Source: Podarcis filfolensis
Lineage: Eukaryota
Reading direction: 5' to 3' (one strand)
DNA: 64,000 nt
NCBI GenBank assembly: GCA_964270895.1
Contig: OZ185437.1
How positions within the stretch are numbered: the first letter of the stretch is position 1; each line of letters opens with the position of its first letter. The position numbers were made by a program, and so were the translations under genes. Below the pieces are notes generated by a model that was not told where the DNA came from, ran no database searches, and saw only the letters and a program-made list of their open reading frames with translations. Positions 41,336-53,704 of this stretch are shown here, one piece after another.

Positions 41336-41440
41336 TTTATTATTTATAGAATTTGTATGCCACCCTATACCCAGAGGTCTCAGGGGGGTTCACAGAACAA
41401 GATCAACATAACACAATCAAAATGAAACAACAACCCAGTA
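41336..41440 (-). mobile_element. L2-type 3' tail fragment
   Basis: tttattatttatagaatttgtatgccaccctatacccagaggtctcagggg...gttcaca is the reverse complement of a squamate L2 terminus. Confidence 0.55.
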
Positions 41441-41698
41441 ACACCCCCCTTATTATTTTGTTCAGTTTGTAGTGTTCATACATAATTTTTGTGCTGATGT
41501 TATGATTGCTAGAAGCTCCCTTGATGGTCTTCTGGTATGAATAAGGGGGAAAGGGGTGTATTGCTTCTGCTGCCTCAGCTTGTTTTGACAGCTGGATGAG
41601 GGCAGCAGGCCCATGGGCTCCAGTGGTGAAGAAATACTTCCTATGTGCACATGATTCTGCCTGCGTTTTAAAGGTGGCTGAAACAAGTAAGTGCCAGA

Positions 41699-42372
41699 CA
41701 GGCCTGGGCAATGTATCACCCAGGACCGGTATGAGGGCCAGACAGCAATGACTGTTCACTCAGCGATATATCGCGGGTGAAACAGCAGCTGCTCCCGATT
41801 CCCCCTGCCTCCAGAGAGACTCCGGAGCGACTGCTGTTTCACCTGCAATATACCGCTGGGTGAAACAGCCCTCTGGCTCCCATACCACCAGCAGACGGCT
41901 TCTTTAAACTGCTCTACTCAGTTGAGCAAGTTAACAAAGCCCCACAGGGGCTTGAATAGCTGAGAAGCGGGCAATTGAAGGCAGCCTGCTTCTCAGCTGA
42001 TCAACCCCCCCCCCCCACCTCTCACAGGCAGCTGCCAAGGTGGTGGCCTCATCCACTGCTGCCTTCGAATGGGACAGATAGGTAACCCACCTGTGCGAAA
42101 GCAGAGGGAACCCTGAGAATGGGGCCTGAAAGGCACCGCTGTCCAGCTGCCTTTGCCCAGGAGGGTGGGCTGCATCTTTTCTCCTAGACCTGGGAGCCCA
42201 CCCCTCTAGCTGCATTGGCTCTGGCCCCAGGATGAAACCACCTCAGCAGCGGTGGTGACAGTTTCACTCCAGTGCCTCGCAGAGCTGGGGCCAATGCAGC
42301 TTATTCCACCCTTTCAACATCACAGTGTATCACCAAATTGCAGTGTTGAAAACCTAACATTCCCTAGCCCTA
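41699..42372 (-). mobile_element. Same hAT-like family, copy B, inverted relative to copy A
   Basis: 41699-41745 is the reverse complement of A's right end, and 42283-42335 is the reverse complement of A's left subterminal block (gctggggccaatgcagctt...ttcaacatcacagtgtatcacca). Confidence 0.65.
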
Positions 42373-42656
42373 GACTTCAGCTTTAATTCTTGTCATGCAT
42401 TTCTTCTTCCCTCCATTATGTTTATGTGAAGGTTGTGGCATCATTCAAGTATTCAGAGCATTTATATGAAGCCATTCTGTCTTGAGAACCCAAAGCAGAT
42501 TACAAATAAAAGCACAACTACCATTAAACAGTGCAATATTGTAGATTAACTGCTGTTTCATAAAGCTCCTAAGGCCAACCCTTCTTTTCATGGAGCGAAT
42601 GCATCTTCATCAATAGTAAGGCTAAGGTTAAACGCCTTAAAAACACAATTCATTAC

Positions 42657-42707
42657 CTGAATCTCTAAAGTCATCTCGGCAATCTGATTCTGTTGATTGT
42701 CTATGAC
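42657..42707 (-). CDS. CEP85L: CEP85L exon 10 equivalent
   Basis: ctaacag|GTC...CAG|gtaatg; 51 nt; VIDNQQNQIAEMTLEIQ; phase 0/0. Confidence 0.88.
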
Positions 42708-43328
42708 CTGTTAGGAGAAGAACACACAAAAAGGCTCTTTGTATCTCTGATGTATCTGTCAAATTTTTGTGAGGTCAAGGTATCTAATTTGTTGTAAGCT
42801 TGGGAATGGACGCAAAGGACTTGCACTGCTATAAAAAACACAACAACTTAGGATGCTGCGAGATCAGGAATGAAATTAGTAACAAGAAAAGCCTTATGAT
42901 GCTGTGGGGGCAGTTATGGGGTAGGGGGAAAACGTGCTCAGAAATGGTTGGAAAGTGGTGGAGACAGAGGGTGTCTTGGTCTACCCTGCCTAAGTGCACA
43001 ACTGCTTAGTGGGGGCAAGTAGTCAATCAGCAACTGCATAATTACATGTGCTTGACCTCAACTGCAACCTCCCACCCCCTGGGTGTGGACAGTACGGAGC
43101 TAGATGGGCCAATGGTCTGACTCTCTACATTACTATTTCTGGGGATATTTTATCCTCCCATCTTTACTGCCACCCAGTGGCACCTGCCATTACTTCACTG
43201 GCTGCTGTTGGAAACATATATTGGGGTAGGGAGACACAACAATAGGTTGACAATATAGTAACAGCAAACATCAATAGCAAAAAGAACTCTTCAGACACAG
43301 GTAGATCATCCTAGTTTAATGAATGTAC

Positions 43329-43446
43329 CTTGCTAGCTTTCTCATTTTTCTCTTTGAGACTTTCGTTTTCACTCTGAAGCTGTTTTGTGTCCAACATAGG
43401 AAGGCGGACACCATCTTCCAGGCATTTTTCTACCTTCTGTTGCAGG
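43329..43446 (-). CDS. CEP85L: CEP85L exon 9 equivalent
   Basis: acag|C CTG...AAG|gtacat; 118 nt; (S)[39 protein letters not shown]. Confidence 0.93.
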
Positions 43447-43711
43447 CTGTAGTTTGGATTTGAAAAGGCAAAAAGAAAAGCAGAAATTGCATACCAAAAC
43501 TCCAGAGTCAAATCCTGTGCAGGAAATAAGTTAAGCTCTGCAAAAGTGAAAGATTCCGTACACAGATTCATTCTTGGAGATGTTTTATGGTTAATGCATG
43601 CTATTGGAGTGGGTTTGCACATTTATGTTGACAGGTTCATTTTAAGAAATGATCCTGTAGACAGCCAATTCTTCCTCTGAGAGTGCCATCAGAACCTACA
43701 GCCCTTTATAG

Positions 43712-43840
43712 CAGGGATGGTACCCTCCAGATGCTGTTGCGACTGCAACGTCTAGCATTCCTGACTACTTATGCTGGTTGAGGCTGGTGGGAATTGGAGT
43801 CCAAAACCTTCTAGAGGGCACTACGTTGGCTGCCTCAGTG
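43712..43840. mobile_element. Degenerate palindromic hAT MITE
   Basis: cagggatggtaccctccagatgctgttg...tgggaattggagtccaaaaccttctagagggcac. Confidence 0.45.
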
Positions 43841-45568
43841 TTACAAGAGATTAACTAGAATTGCATAATAACTTGGTGGATATCTGAAATCAGGCTTCCA
43901 GATGACTAGCTGCCTGGGGTCAGCAGAAATTTCCCCAATCTCTGGTTACGCAGAGTCCTGGGTAACCTACCCCTGTCAACAACACTCAAATGCCCCAGCA
44001 CAGGGAAGAATCACACTTCTGCTTCCCTCCGCCTCATCTTTCAAAAATGAAAACACGAATGATGACAATGACAATTGTTGTTTAAATTTAGAAACAAGAC
44101 TCTGCTTCAAATATTTATAGACTTTCAGGAGACTGCAAAGCCACCCTGGTGGATTACACACTCACAAATGCAATAGGTACCAGATGTAAGATGGAAACAA
44201 TGCACCCAGTGATCTGGCTAACTGTCCCAAATACCTAACCTTTCATCATTTGAACAAAGCTTTTGTGGCATGCACTTTAAAGCAACGCAGGGTCATGTCA
44301 CATGTTTCAGACTGCTGGAAATTAAATTCTAAAATGGCTTCCATTACCTTTATTGCATAATTTCAAATGAGTGCTCCTTTAGCTTTTGCTTTTTAAAAGC
44401 CTTTTATAAAACAATATATTCTAAATACAACAATTCTAAATAAATTAGTCTGTGCTGTAGTGACATTCTCTCATTTTAACATTCATCTCGAATTGTTTTC
44501 CTGCTTTCTGTTTCTTTGTAACTACAAATCCATTGTGGAACAGTTGCAGCTATTAAGGCAGATCAGAGACAGTAATATATACAAAGCCATTCAAGGAGTT
44601 AACAACTAAGTAAGAATTTGATCCCCAAGGCAAAACTAACTTACAGTAACCAGACTGCACTCTTTCTACCCATCAACCAGAATGGAATGTTCATTCCTTT
44701 GATTTCGCATTCACCAACCAAGTGGTCAGTGGGTTAATGCTTGTCATGGTGTCTCTGCCCTACTGATGCTAACTGGGGAAACATATGGCACAAATGACAC
44801 CTGAATGCTCCTCTGGAACTTGTTATGGTAAGTAGGAATGTTTCCATTGTACCATTAACTTTAGGCAGATGCCCTGCAACTTTCTAGCCAGAATATGTCA
44901 GCTGTAGGGACTGTTCATTCGGGAAACTGCAAATGTGGTTGCTTGGTGTGATTCCCCTTAACCAGGAAACAGCAAGGGATGTTTGTGTGCTCCTAAGCTA
45001 CTGTGCAGACAAGTCCCCCTTATTTCCTCTTGTTTGTAGTTCAAACAGCAAAACTAGACTTTGAATTTACACGACAGCTTTGACATGCCTAAAATTAAGA
45101 TATAAGTGGTGGCAGGAATAGTACCTGAAGAATTTCTAATACCTTCAACAAGATTTCTGCGACCAGATGGCATCTTTCTATGAGATTGATTTGGTCCACA
45201 AGTGAACAGTTCAAGGTCCCTACTCTAGACAAGTACATCATTAGTTAGCAGACCTCACTCCTCAGCAACCAGACAGGCTTTCTGTTACATCCTTCTCAGC
45301 TCAACCTCATATTTCTCATTTTCAACCCTCTTTCCCTAAAAGCAGCAATTCAACATTGCCCACGTATTAAAAATGATATTGCTGTAGTCTGACACATCTC
45401 AGTTGTGCTTTGCAACATACTGCATCATTGCCTTCTGTGTAGTGCAGTCTGGCGTTTGACATTACAACAGAGTTCGCGTGAATCTGTTCACCAAAACTGA
45501 ACTGACGCAGAAGGGAATAGAAAGATCCTAGAGAGTCATAAACGACAGATCAAGTTAATTATTCATAC

Positions 45569-45723
45569 CTCTGCACTGCTGTTACCAATTCTTTTTCTTT
45601 CTTCTTTTGACAAACTAGCTGCAATTCTTGTTCTTTACACTGTGTTTTGGACTCTTCTAGAGCCTTTTCGAGCTCAGCCAAAGTAGCTTTCAGCTGCTTG
45701 TTCTTTTCTTCAAGAACTTGAAG
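45569..45723 (-). CDS. CEP85L: CEP85L exon 8 equivalent
   Basis: ttctctctag|CTT...CAG AG|gtatga; 155 nt; [51 protein letters not shown](S). Confidence 0.92.
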
Positions 45724-47343
45724 CTAGAGAGAAGGCAAAATATTTTTTATATAGAAGCAAATATAAATATTTTTATATAGAAGCATGTTTACTGTAGATC
45801 AAATAACCAACAAAGTGGTGGTGGTGTTGTTAATTTATTCATACAATGCTTTCGAACACAGTAATACAATACTGGGTTAATAGAACAGAATATAACTGAA
45901 CTTCCTGATGTGTATAACAAGACACTGAATTGTCAGGTGCTTTGTAACCATATGTTGCTCTTCAGTGGCAAGTATTATAATAGGCAATGGGGTGCATTTT
46001 GTTTCTATGTGGATGGATATTCCACTGATGTATGATTCGAAGTACAGTAGATGCTTAGACACGTTTATCAGAGTATTTTTCATCCAGACCCACTGATGAT
46101 TGGAGGATTTAATTTTTTAAAATCATATGCATAAGCCCTGATATAAACAAGACTTAAATACTACATAATCTGAATCCAGCTTTACAATATTTTATTGGCA
46201 ACTCAAAGTGTTGTTTGAGTTGTATTTCCTCCTCCTTCCTCCTTTCATTCAAGACTGTATTTTTTTGTTATTTTAAAATGATCCGTGTACTATGATACAT
46301 TGAGTTATATTTGCAGTTCTTTTGATGTGTCTGACTTTTTTATTGCATCTCAGTGCTAAATGATCATGAACTATTTCTTTTCCTATTTCTTGTCATATGG
46401 TATTCTTTAACATGCTTCAAGAATCATATTGTTTGCAAATTGGAGATTTCACAAAGGGTAGGGTGGGGGGAGAGACTGGGGCAAAGAGCAATGTTTCCAG
46501 GACCTCTGAAGGTCATGGATCAATCACACTTTACCATTCTCAGGAGGTTTGCTTCGAGAAGCAGAAACAAACAAAAAGGGAGTCAAAGCTTCAACATGGT
46601 GTTAGAAATGGAACAGTTTAAAATTTATTAGAAAATGGAACATTGTCAATGTGTTTCGGAATATAACTTTATTCAGGAGCAAAACCATTTAGAAATTGTA
46701 TTCCACATATTGTAGTCATTTGTTCAAAACAGGTTTCATCAAAATAGGAGGGAATAGATCAAAATGCAGCAGGCACACTGAACTTTCAATAAATGGTTCC
46801 ACTTTAAGCATGTTTCTGAAGCTTCATCTCCCTTTTTTTGTTTCCAGGGTGTTCCTTTTTTGGGCTCTCGTTTTATAAAACATCTGCAATCATGGATCAA
46901 ACCAACAGTCTCCTTGAATTTATTAATTACATTGCATTTTGATTTTTTTTAAATTATGCATAACAAAGGCTCTCACTTCTGCTGACTTTTCTTAGATATG
47001 TGTCTGATGATGATGATTATAAAAAAATCTTAATGTATTACTATGCCAGTCAAGAACAAAAGAAACCAGATACTGTTTTTCATAATTATTTGTTCTCTTC
47101 CTTAACAGAAAAGGAACAGAATATAGATGAAGAGCTACAAATTTAACCTTCGAGTTCTGGCAACTGCAAATTTCTTATTAAATCATTGAGCACAATTCAC
47201 TAGAACATTATGAGATCTGTGTAGGAGCTTTGGGGCAGCACTCAATCACTTCTACAGGGCTTATGCAGAGATGTTACAGGCGGTCATGACCTTTTAATGT
47301 TTACCCAAGGACATTGTGAGCAAGTATTATGTTCTGCAATTCA

Positions 47344-47538
<195 letters not shown>

Positions 47539-49099
47539 CTAAAAAGAGAGTAATATTGCATCTCATTCTTTGAGGTCGGAATCAAATATGCACAAGGTAA
47601 TTTGAAAGATTTCTTTGATACTTAAAACTCAGCAGATTCTGAAAGTTATTTTCTCAGCAGGGAGTAGAACTGTTTTTATTTAAAAGATAAATGGATTGTT
47701 ATAGGTCATTTATCTTTTTAAAAGCTAAGAGCTCTTGCTGACTATTTCCATAGCTAAACATTTATTTACTGTTTAAAAGTAGTTAGATGTGTGTTTATCT
47801 AAAGATGCTTTTCCTTTATTTAAACCAGCAGTTCGGAAACCACAAAACATATATATAAACACAAGTGATTGGTTTGCTTTTTTCTTTGTTCCAAAATAGA
47901 GCAATTAAAAATTTTGCTTCTGTGATTGTATGGATTTGAGCTTTAGACCCGTGGGCAGTTTCACACATAATCCCTACCAGTATCTTGTACATACAGCAGT
48001 CAACCACATTTTTTTGTGCCCACCCCCCCCCCCATATGTGGAAATGTGAGCAAGAGCCTCTGTGAGAAAATGTCTACAGGATAAGGAAGCCCTGCTCATG
48101 TTAATCGTTTGCTACTGCAAAAGTCTTGTAGACTTTTGGTTACTACTCACTATGAGAGTTTGAAACTTGCTTCCATATTCTGTAGCTTGTATCATATTAT
48201 ATAAGCAAGGCCGCATGTGAAATATCCATGCTAGGCATGGCCTTTGAATGCATACACAAATACCTTTCCAGGAGTGAGGTTCAGCCAGGAATAGAAGTGA
48301 GAGGATAAATAAGGAGGAACTAAGGAATTATAATGGTCACTAATGAGGCTCACAAACTTCTCCAAAATATGTCCTATGGGCCTATTTCTTGGATGTATGA
48401 CTGCCATAGATATAAGAAAAGTTTCAAATCCATACTCCTAATCCAAACAGCACATGATCCAAAACTAACATCCGTCAGAAGATTTCGTAATAGCTGGTTT
48501 TTTAAAGTTTTTGTTTCTTTAAGTTGGTTTTTTGGGGGGAGGGGTTGTGCCTTACATAACTCCTTTTCTTCCACAGCTTGGGAGAACAACATTAGCAATT
48601 ATTTGCTTCATTTTCATAATGTGCAGAACTGATCTAGTCTTGGTTCCAAAGGCTGTTGCATTAGCTGCCATTTTGGCTTTTTTAATTGTAGTGTGGTCAT
48701 GAAAGAGGCTCCAATAGATAAGGTGAAATGCACTACAATTGGCACTGCTCTAAAATCTCTCAAATTGTACTTTTCCTCAGTCTCTATGATTTCTGTGCTC
48801 TAACAATTCAAAAACTAAGAGCAATTGTAACACTGGAGGGATTAAGGTGCAAGTAAATTAAATACACACATTCACCCTGTCCCATCCTCCAAGATAATGC
48901 AGTGCAGCTCCAGTAAAAAAAAAGTTTCCCCTCCAGAGGAATAAAGCTGTATAAAATGGTAGTATCAGCCCTGTGAGTCATATAGAAAAAAAGATGCTAT
49001 GGATCATTCTGAAGCCTTAAGTACAGCCAACTTGTCTGAGAAATATATGTTCTTGTTTCAGCAATAAAACCATTTGGGAAAAGTCAATGCAAGACCCAC

Positions 49100-49279
49100 C
49101 TTTTCTTCCATCTTCTTTTTATCTTCATTGGATTTGTTTGCCATTTGTTTGAGAAACTCACTGAGTTGTAGCTCCTTACTCTGCACTGCTGCAAGCTTTC
49201 GTTCCAGCTCGTCCCTTTCACAGTGGGCCACAGATCTCTCTGCAAATTGAGCCTGCATCGCTGTGCTCTCATACTGAGG
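49100..49279 (-). CDS. CEP85L: CEP85L exon 6 equivalent
   Basis: aagcag|CCT...AAG|gtgggt; 180 nt; PQYESTAMQAQFAERSVAHCERDELERKLAAVQSKELQLSEFLKQMANKSNEDKKKMEEK. Confidence 0.9.
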
Positions 49280-50214
49280 CTGCTTTGAAGAAGGAAAGGA
49301 AGGAATGGGAACAGATGAGAAGATGCTGTTCTAAACCTTTCACCTGGATCAGAGTGGCCAACTCAGCAAGAGTACAACATATTGAATGCTATATTGTTTT
49401 AAGTAATGAACGTACAGAAGTGGACAACAAAGAACCTATTGTTTGTAATATTGAGCTATAGCACACATCCAGTTTCCAGCTGATATCCCAGCATATTATT
49501 TGTATTTTGTGGTATTTTATGTTATGTTGTACTTGCATATTTTGTTGTATAGTGCACTGATATTTTATGTAGGGGACGGGGTCTATAAGTAGTTTTACAA
49601 ATAAAAAAATATGCATCTGAGCATGAAACAAAAATGAAAATGAGTTTGGCAGTTCATTTTTATGCAATTCAACATGTACAACGAACCATGTCAGGTCAAC
49701 TCCCTCCCACCTTTAGTCCTCCCCTCCAAACACAAAACTTAACCTTATGGGGGGGGGATTGTGCTCAGGCCTAATCTAGTCAAAAAGGTTATCCAATGGC
49801 AAAATTGTTCATCAACAATAAAACCTCTAACCTACATTCTGAAATAGTACAGCTGCTCAGATTCTTTCATGATGCAACACAAATAATTATTTCATTAATA
49901 TGTATCTCTTCACTTTTGTATCTGAGGTGTTTTAAATTCCAAGCTTATAAAATGTAACGAGATACTAGTTTTGAAATGCAAGGGGGTAGTAACAACACAT
50001 GCACTGAATTGATTTTAAACTATTATCAATATATAAGAACTGCTCCAATACGGTTATGTATTTAACCATAATTTGATTTGTCTGGAAGGCAAAACCTTTT
50101 TTGCATTTCTCCAAATGTAATACAAGTTACTATGAGATGAGTCTGGGCTTGCCCTTCATAATAACAGATGTGTGCAGACTATCCTGATGATTTAAAAATA
50201 ATAATAATTCGTAC

Positions 50215-50332
50215 CTGGAAACTACTCATGTAAGGGTCTTCACAATTCACAATATGCCCGAGCCTTGCTTGCTGAGCTCGGAGTTCATTCTCCCTTATTT
50301 TCTGATATAAAAGGTTAATTTGCTGGTTCTGC
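50215..50332 (-). CDS. CEP85L: CEP85L exon 5 equivalent
   Basis: ttacag|G CAG...CAG|gtacga; 118 nt; (R)[39 protein letters not shown]. Confidence 0.93.
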
Positions 50333-51955
50333 CTGTAATTCATAAGAGAAAGAACAGAAACAAAGAAAGAACGCATGAAACTTGAATCATGCTTCCCAGT
50401 ATTTCCATTTTCACCCTCTTGTCGATTCATCTCAAAGTTGTTCCACAACTTTGTATTAACTATGGAAGTGAAACTGCCATGAGCAGATCAACATTCTGGT
50501 ATGAGTACATTAGCTCTAGTGTGGCTATAGAAGATTCCTGCCTGTGGGGACCTCCTGATTCCCTTCAGTGCATTTGGCAGCTCTTTGTGAACTGAAGCAG
50601 ATCACTTGCAGCTCCTCCTAAGGTGAATGGAGGCCTTGTATGCCTTCACAGTGCTATCAGAACTCTAAATTGAAGACTTGGGACTATATGTCACTTTTGT
50701 TAAAATATGATGGACTGTATACAATCGGCGTCCATATGCCAATAGAAAACTGTTTGATTCAGTGAAGGCTTCAACCATCCCCTGTAATATGCAATGGCTC
50801 AATATACCTGACTATTCCATTTTGTTATAGGTGAATTCAATGCAATATTTGCATAACCAGCTGTTACTTGCACATATTAACTTAACTATACTGAAAGTTG
50901 CTTGCAAAAAAATAGAACAAAAATGTTTCATTTATTTCGTATGCAATTATATTTCACAGTATTAATTCTCACAGTAAATCTAACATGAGCTTTAAAAAGT
51001 TGTCAAAGTATTCAGAAAGGATGCCAAAATGAACTGCAAAAACATTCCCTACCATACATATAATCCTATAAATCTCTGGAGTTATCTGACAATAAAAGGC
51101 CTTGTGCCACGTACATTTCATTGCTGATAATGTTGTATGGTTGCTTTAATCCTTTGTTACTCCAACAGCTGTTGCTATTAATCCACTGTATAACCACACA
51201 ATGATAGGGCTTTGCTTTTAAAAAAAGATAGCATGGTGATCTCACAAGCCTAGTCAGAGTGCAGCAATGGAAACTATATACTCGGCTGTCTGCCAGTCTG
51301 CAGGTAATTCTAACATTTTCCAATACATTCCAGATAGTAAGACCTCAAGTCTCTGCTATGTAGTGATCTGAGTCTACATACAAAAGTGGAATCCTTATTT
51401 TGCAACATTCAAACCAATAATTTCTCTCTCTCCAACATTTGCAGTATTTCCCCTCTCTTTTTGTCTTACATTCTTCCAATTATCAGCTTCTATTTTTCCA
51501 CCCTAATGGTACCTCCAGTTTTCCACCTCTTCATTTGATCATTCTCCCATTTAACCCTCCATACCCCTTATAGAGTAGAAATTACTTCTTACACAACCCA
51601 TCTTTTTTGAATTATATGCTATATTGAACTCATATGCTCCATAGATGGGAAGCCTTCTCTAAATAGTTGGTCACAACAGCATGGGTGCAATTGTGAACTT
51701 TCAAAATGCTTGGTTGGGTATCACTGGTCTGAATGTTTACTGGGTCATTTGATTCTCTTTCCTTTCTTCAGACATGTGTGTAAGGTGGCAACAACCAATC
51801 TCTGTAACGATTAAACTAAAAACAGTTAGCTTTTGTGCCCCATAATATAGTCTCATCACCAAAAGTTATACTTGACTCCTGCCAATAGTATCCACACTTT
51901 GAGTAATATTTGTATCTGACAAAGTTGCAGATTTAATGAAACCAATGAGCCTTAA

Positions 51956-52312
51956 AAGATAAAGGTAAAGGGACCCCTGACCATAGGTCCAGTCGTGGGC
52001 GACTCTGGGGTTGCGGCGCTCATCTCGCTTTATTGGCCGAGGGAGCCGGCGTACTGCTTCCAGGTCATGTGGCCAGCATGACTAAGCCGCTTCTGGTAAA
52101 CCAGAGCAGCGCACGGAAACGCCGTTTACCTTCCCGCCGGAGCGGTACCTATTTATCTACTTGCACTTTGACATGCTTTCGAACTGCTAGGTTGGCAGGA
52201 GCAGGGACTGAGCAATGGGAGCTCACCCCGTCGCAGGGATTCGAACCGCCGACCTTCTGATCAGCAAGCCCTAGGCTCTGTGGTTTAACCCACAGCGCCA
52301 CCTGCGTCCTTT
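51956..52312 (-). mobile_element. Sauria SINE, full length, young
   Basis: tRNA-like head with B box (GGTTCGAATCC on -, 52237-52247), typical Sauria core, (ACCTTT)n-type tail, 13-bp TSD caatgagccttaa at 51943-51955 and 52313-52325, many CpGs retained. Confidence 0.93.
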
Positions 52313-53557
52313 CAATGAGCCTTAAGACCATGTATTTCAGTGGATCTGTTCTGAGTATGACTTAGATGCAGTCCTTTGCATCCAAATGCTTAGATTATAC
52401 TTTTAAGTCAAGAAACATTTTTATAGTGTAAATAACAAGCCAAACTGAGAGGAAGAATTGCCCTTTTAGAAAATTAGTAATAACAGATAAATATATAGTT
52501 CTGTATTGAATCCATGTTTAATATTGTACTCTATATTGAATTTTTAAAATTGTAAGTTGTTTCAAGACTTTTCTGAACTTTTACTGAACGAGTGAGCTGA
52601 GAATATGTATTGTCATTGTGGTGTGTATTCTGTCCTCTTAAAAAACTATCTTTATTTTTCTTATCTGTATGAAAATTGACACTGAAAAATTAAACATTTA
52701 AAAATATTTAAATTGTAAAACCATTTGTCACATTGCCATATCTTTTTACCTATTCCAATTTTAGTAACCCACGGCATGGGATTTAATTTAACTTTTACAT
52801 ATTCTTTGTAAACCACTTATCAGTTTTATGTAAAATTAAGTGGTATACAAATTCTGCTAAATAAATAAAACACAGTACAATAAGCTTCAAAGGGACTCAG
52901 ATTTTGTGAGACAAAGCAGTCACTCAGAAAAGCTCCCCATTTTTTAATTTGCTTTAGATATGCTTTAGATAACACTGTTCAAATGTTAGTGTAAAAACTA
53001 ACATTCCCTCCGTATCCATAAACCCAAAAACTAAACAATTAAACATATGTTCAGTTCCTGTTTAGCTTCATTACCATTTTTAGAATTTCCAGTTTAGTTT
53101 CAGCTCAGACACAAACATTTTTTTAAAAAATGGTTCAGTAAAAGTTCAACTGTTTCGAATCTAATTTTGAGTCAGTTCAGAAACATTTTATATAGACATA
53201 TGAATGTAGAACTTTTACAACTGCAGTGTAACTCCTGAAAAATAAATGCATGATAAAAGAAAGCATGTTTATACATGCAGTTTGCATGCACTAATGGCAC
53301 ATCTTCAAGAACTCAGCCAGCCATATTTGACAGCTATATGATCAGAATTAATTTTAGCCCCCACATAGTCTTTCTACATCAACTAGCACAGCAGGAATAG
53401 AAAACATAATTTTAGTTAATTTCAGGTATTTCAAGTAGATTGTCAAAAGTATTTCTTCACATAGCGTATAACAATCCTAAATATGGTGACGGCCATGACC
53501 TTACATGGCTTTTAAGGATACAGTTGGGACACCACAACAAAATGTTGTAGTGCATAC

Positions 53558-53590
53558 CTGCTTTTCATGTGCTATTTGAGCCTGAGACGG
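53558..53590 (-). other. Candidate 33-nt cassette (poison) exon in CEP85L intron 4
   Basis: Branch-like ACTAAAAC, pyrimidine tract ttatttttgtttgtttttttcag, 33 nt, then CAG|GTATGC. In the phase-2 frame of intron 4 it contains TAG. Confidence 0.35.
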
Positions 53591-53648
53591 CTGAAAAAAA
53601 CAAACAAAAATAAGCAATATGTGTTTTAGTTCATTTGCAAAATGCATC

Positions 53649-53672
53649 TGTGTGTGTGTGTGTGCGCGCGCG

Positions 53673-53702
<30 letters not shown>
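53649..53702. repeat. Compound alternating purine-pyrimidine microsatellite (TG)8(CG)4(TA)14TG
   Basis: Counted directly: TG 53649-53664, CG 53665-53672, TA 53673-53700. Confidence 0.95.

Positions 53703-53704
<2 letters not shown>

Noticed and set aside
46094-46141. C/D-box-like TGATGA...CTGA
   Set aside because: Antisense to the host intron, no terminal stem, short, and no recognisable guide sequence.
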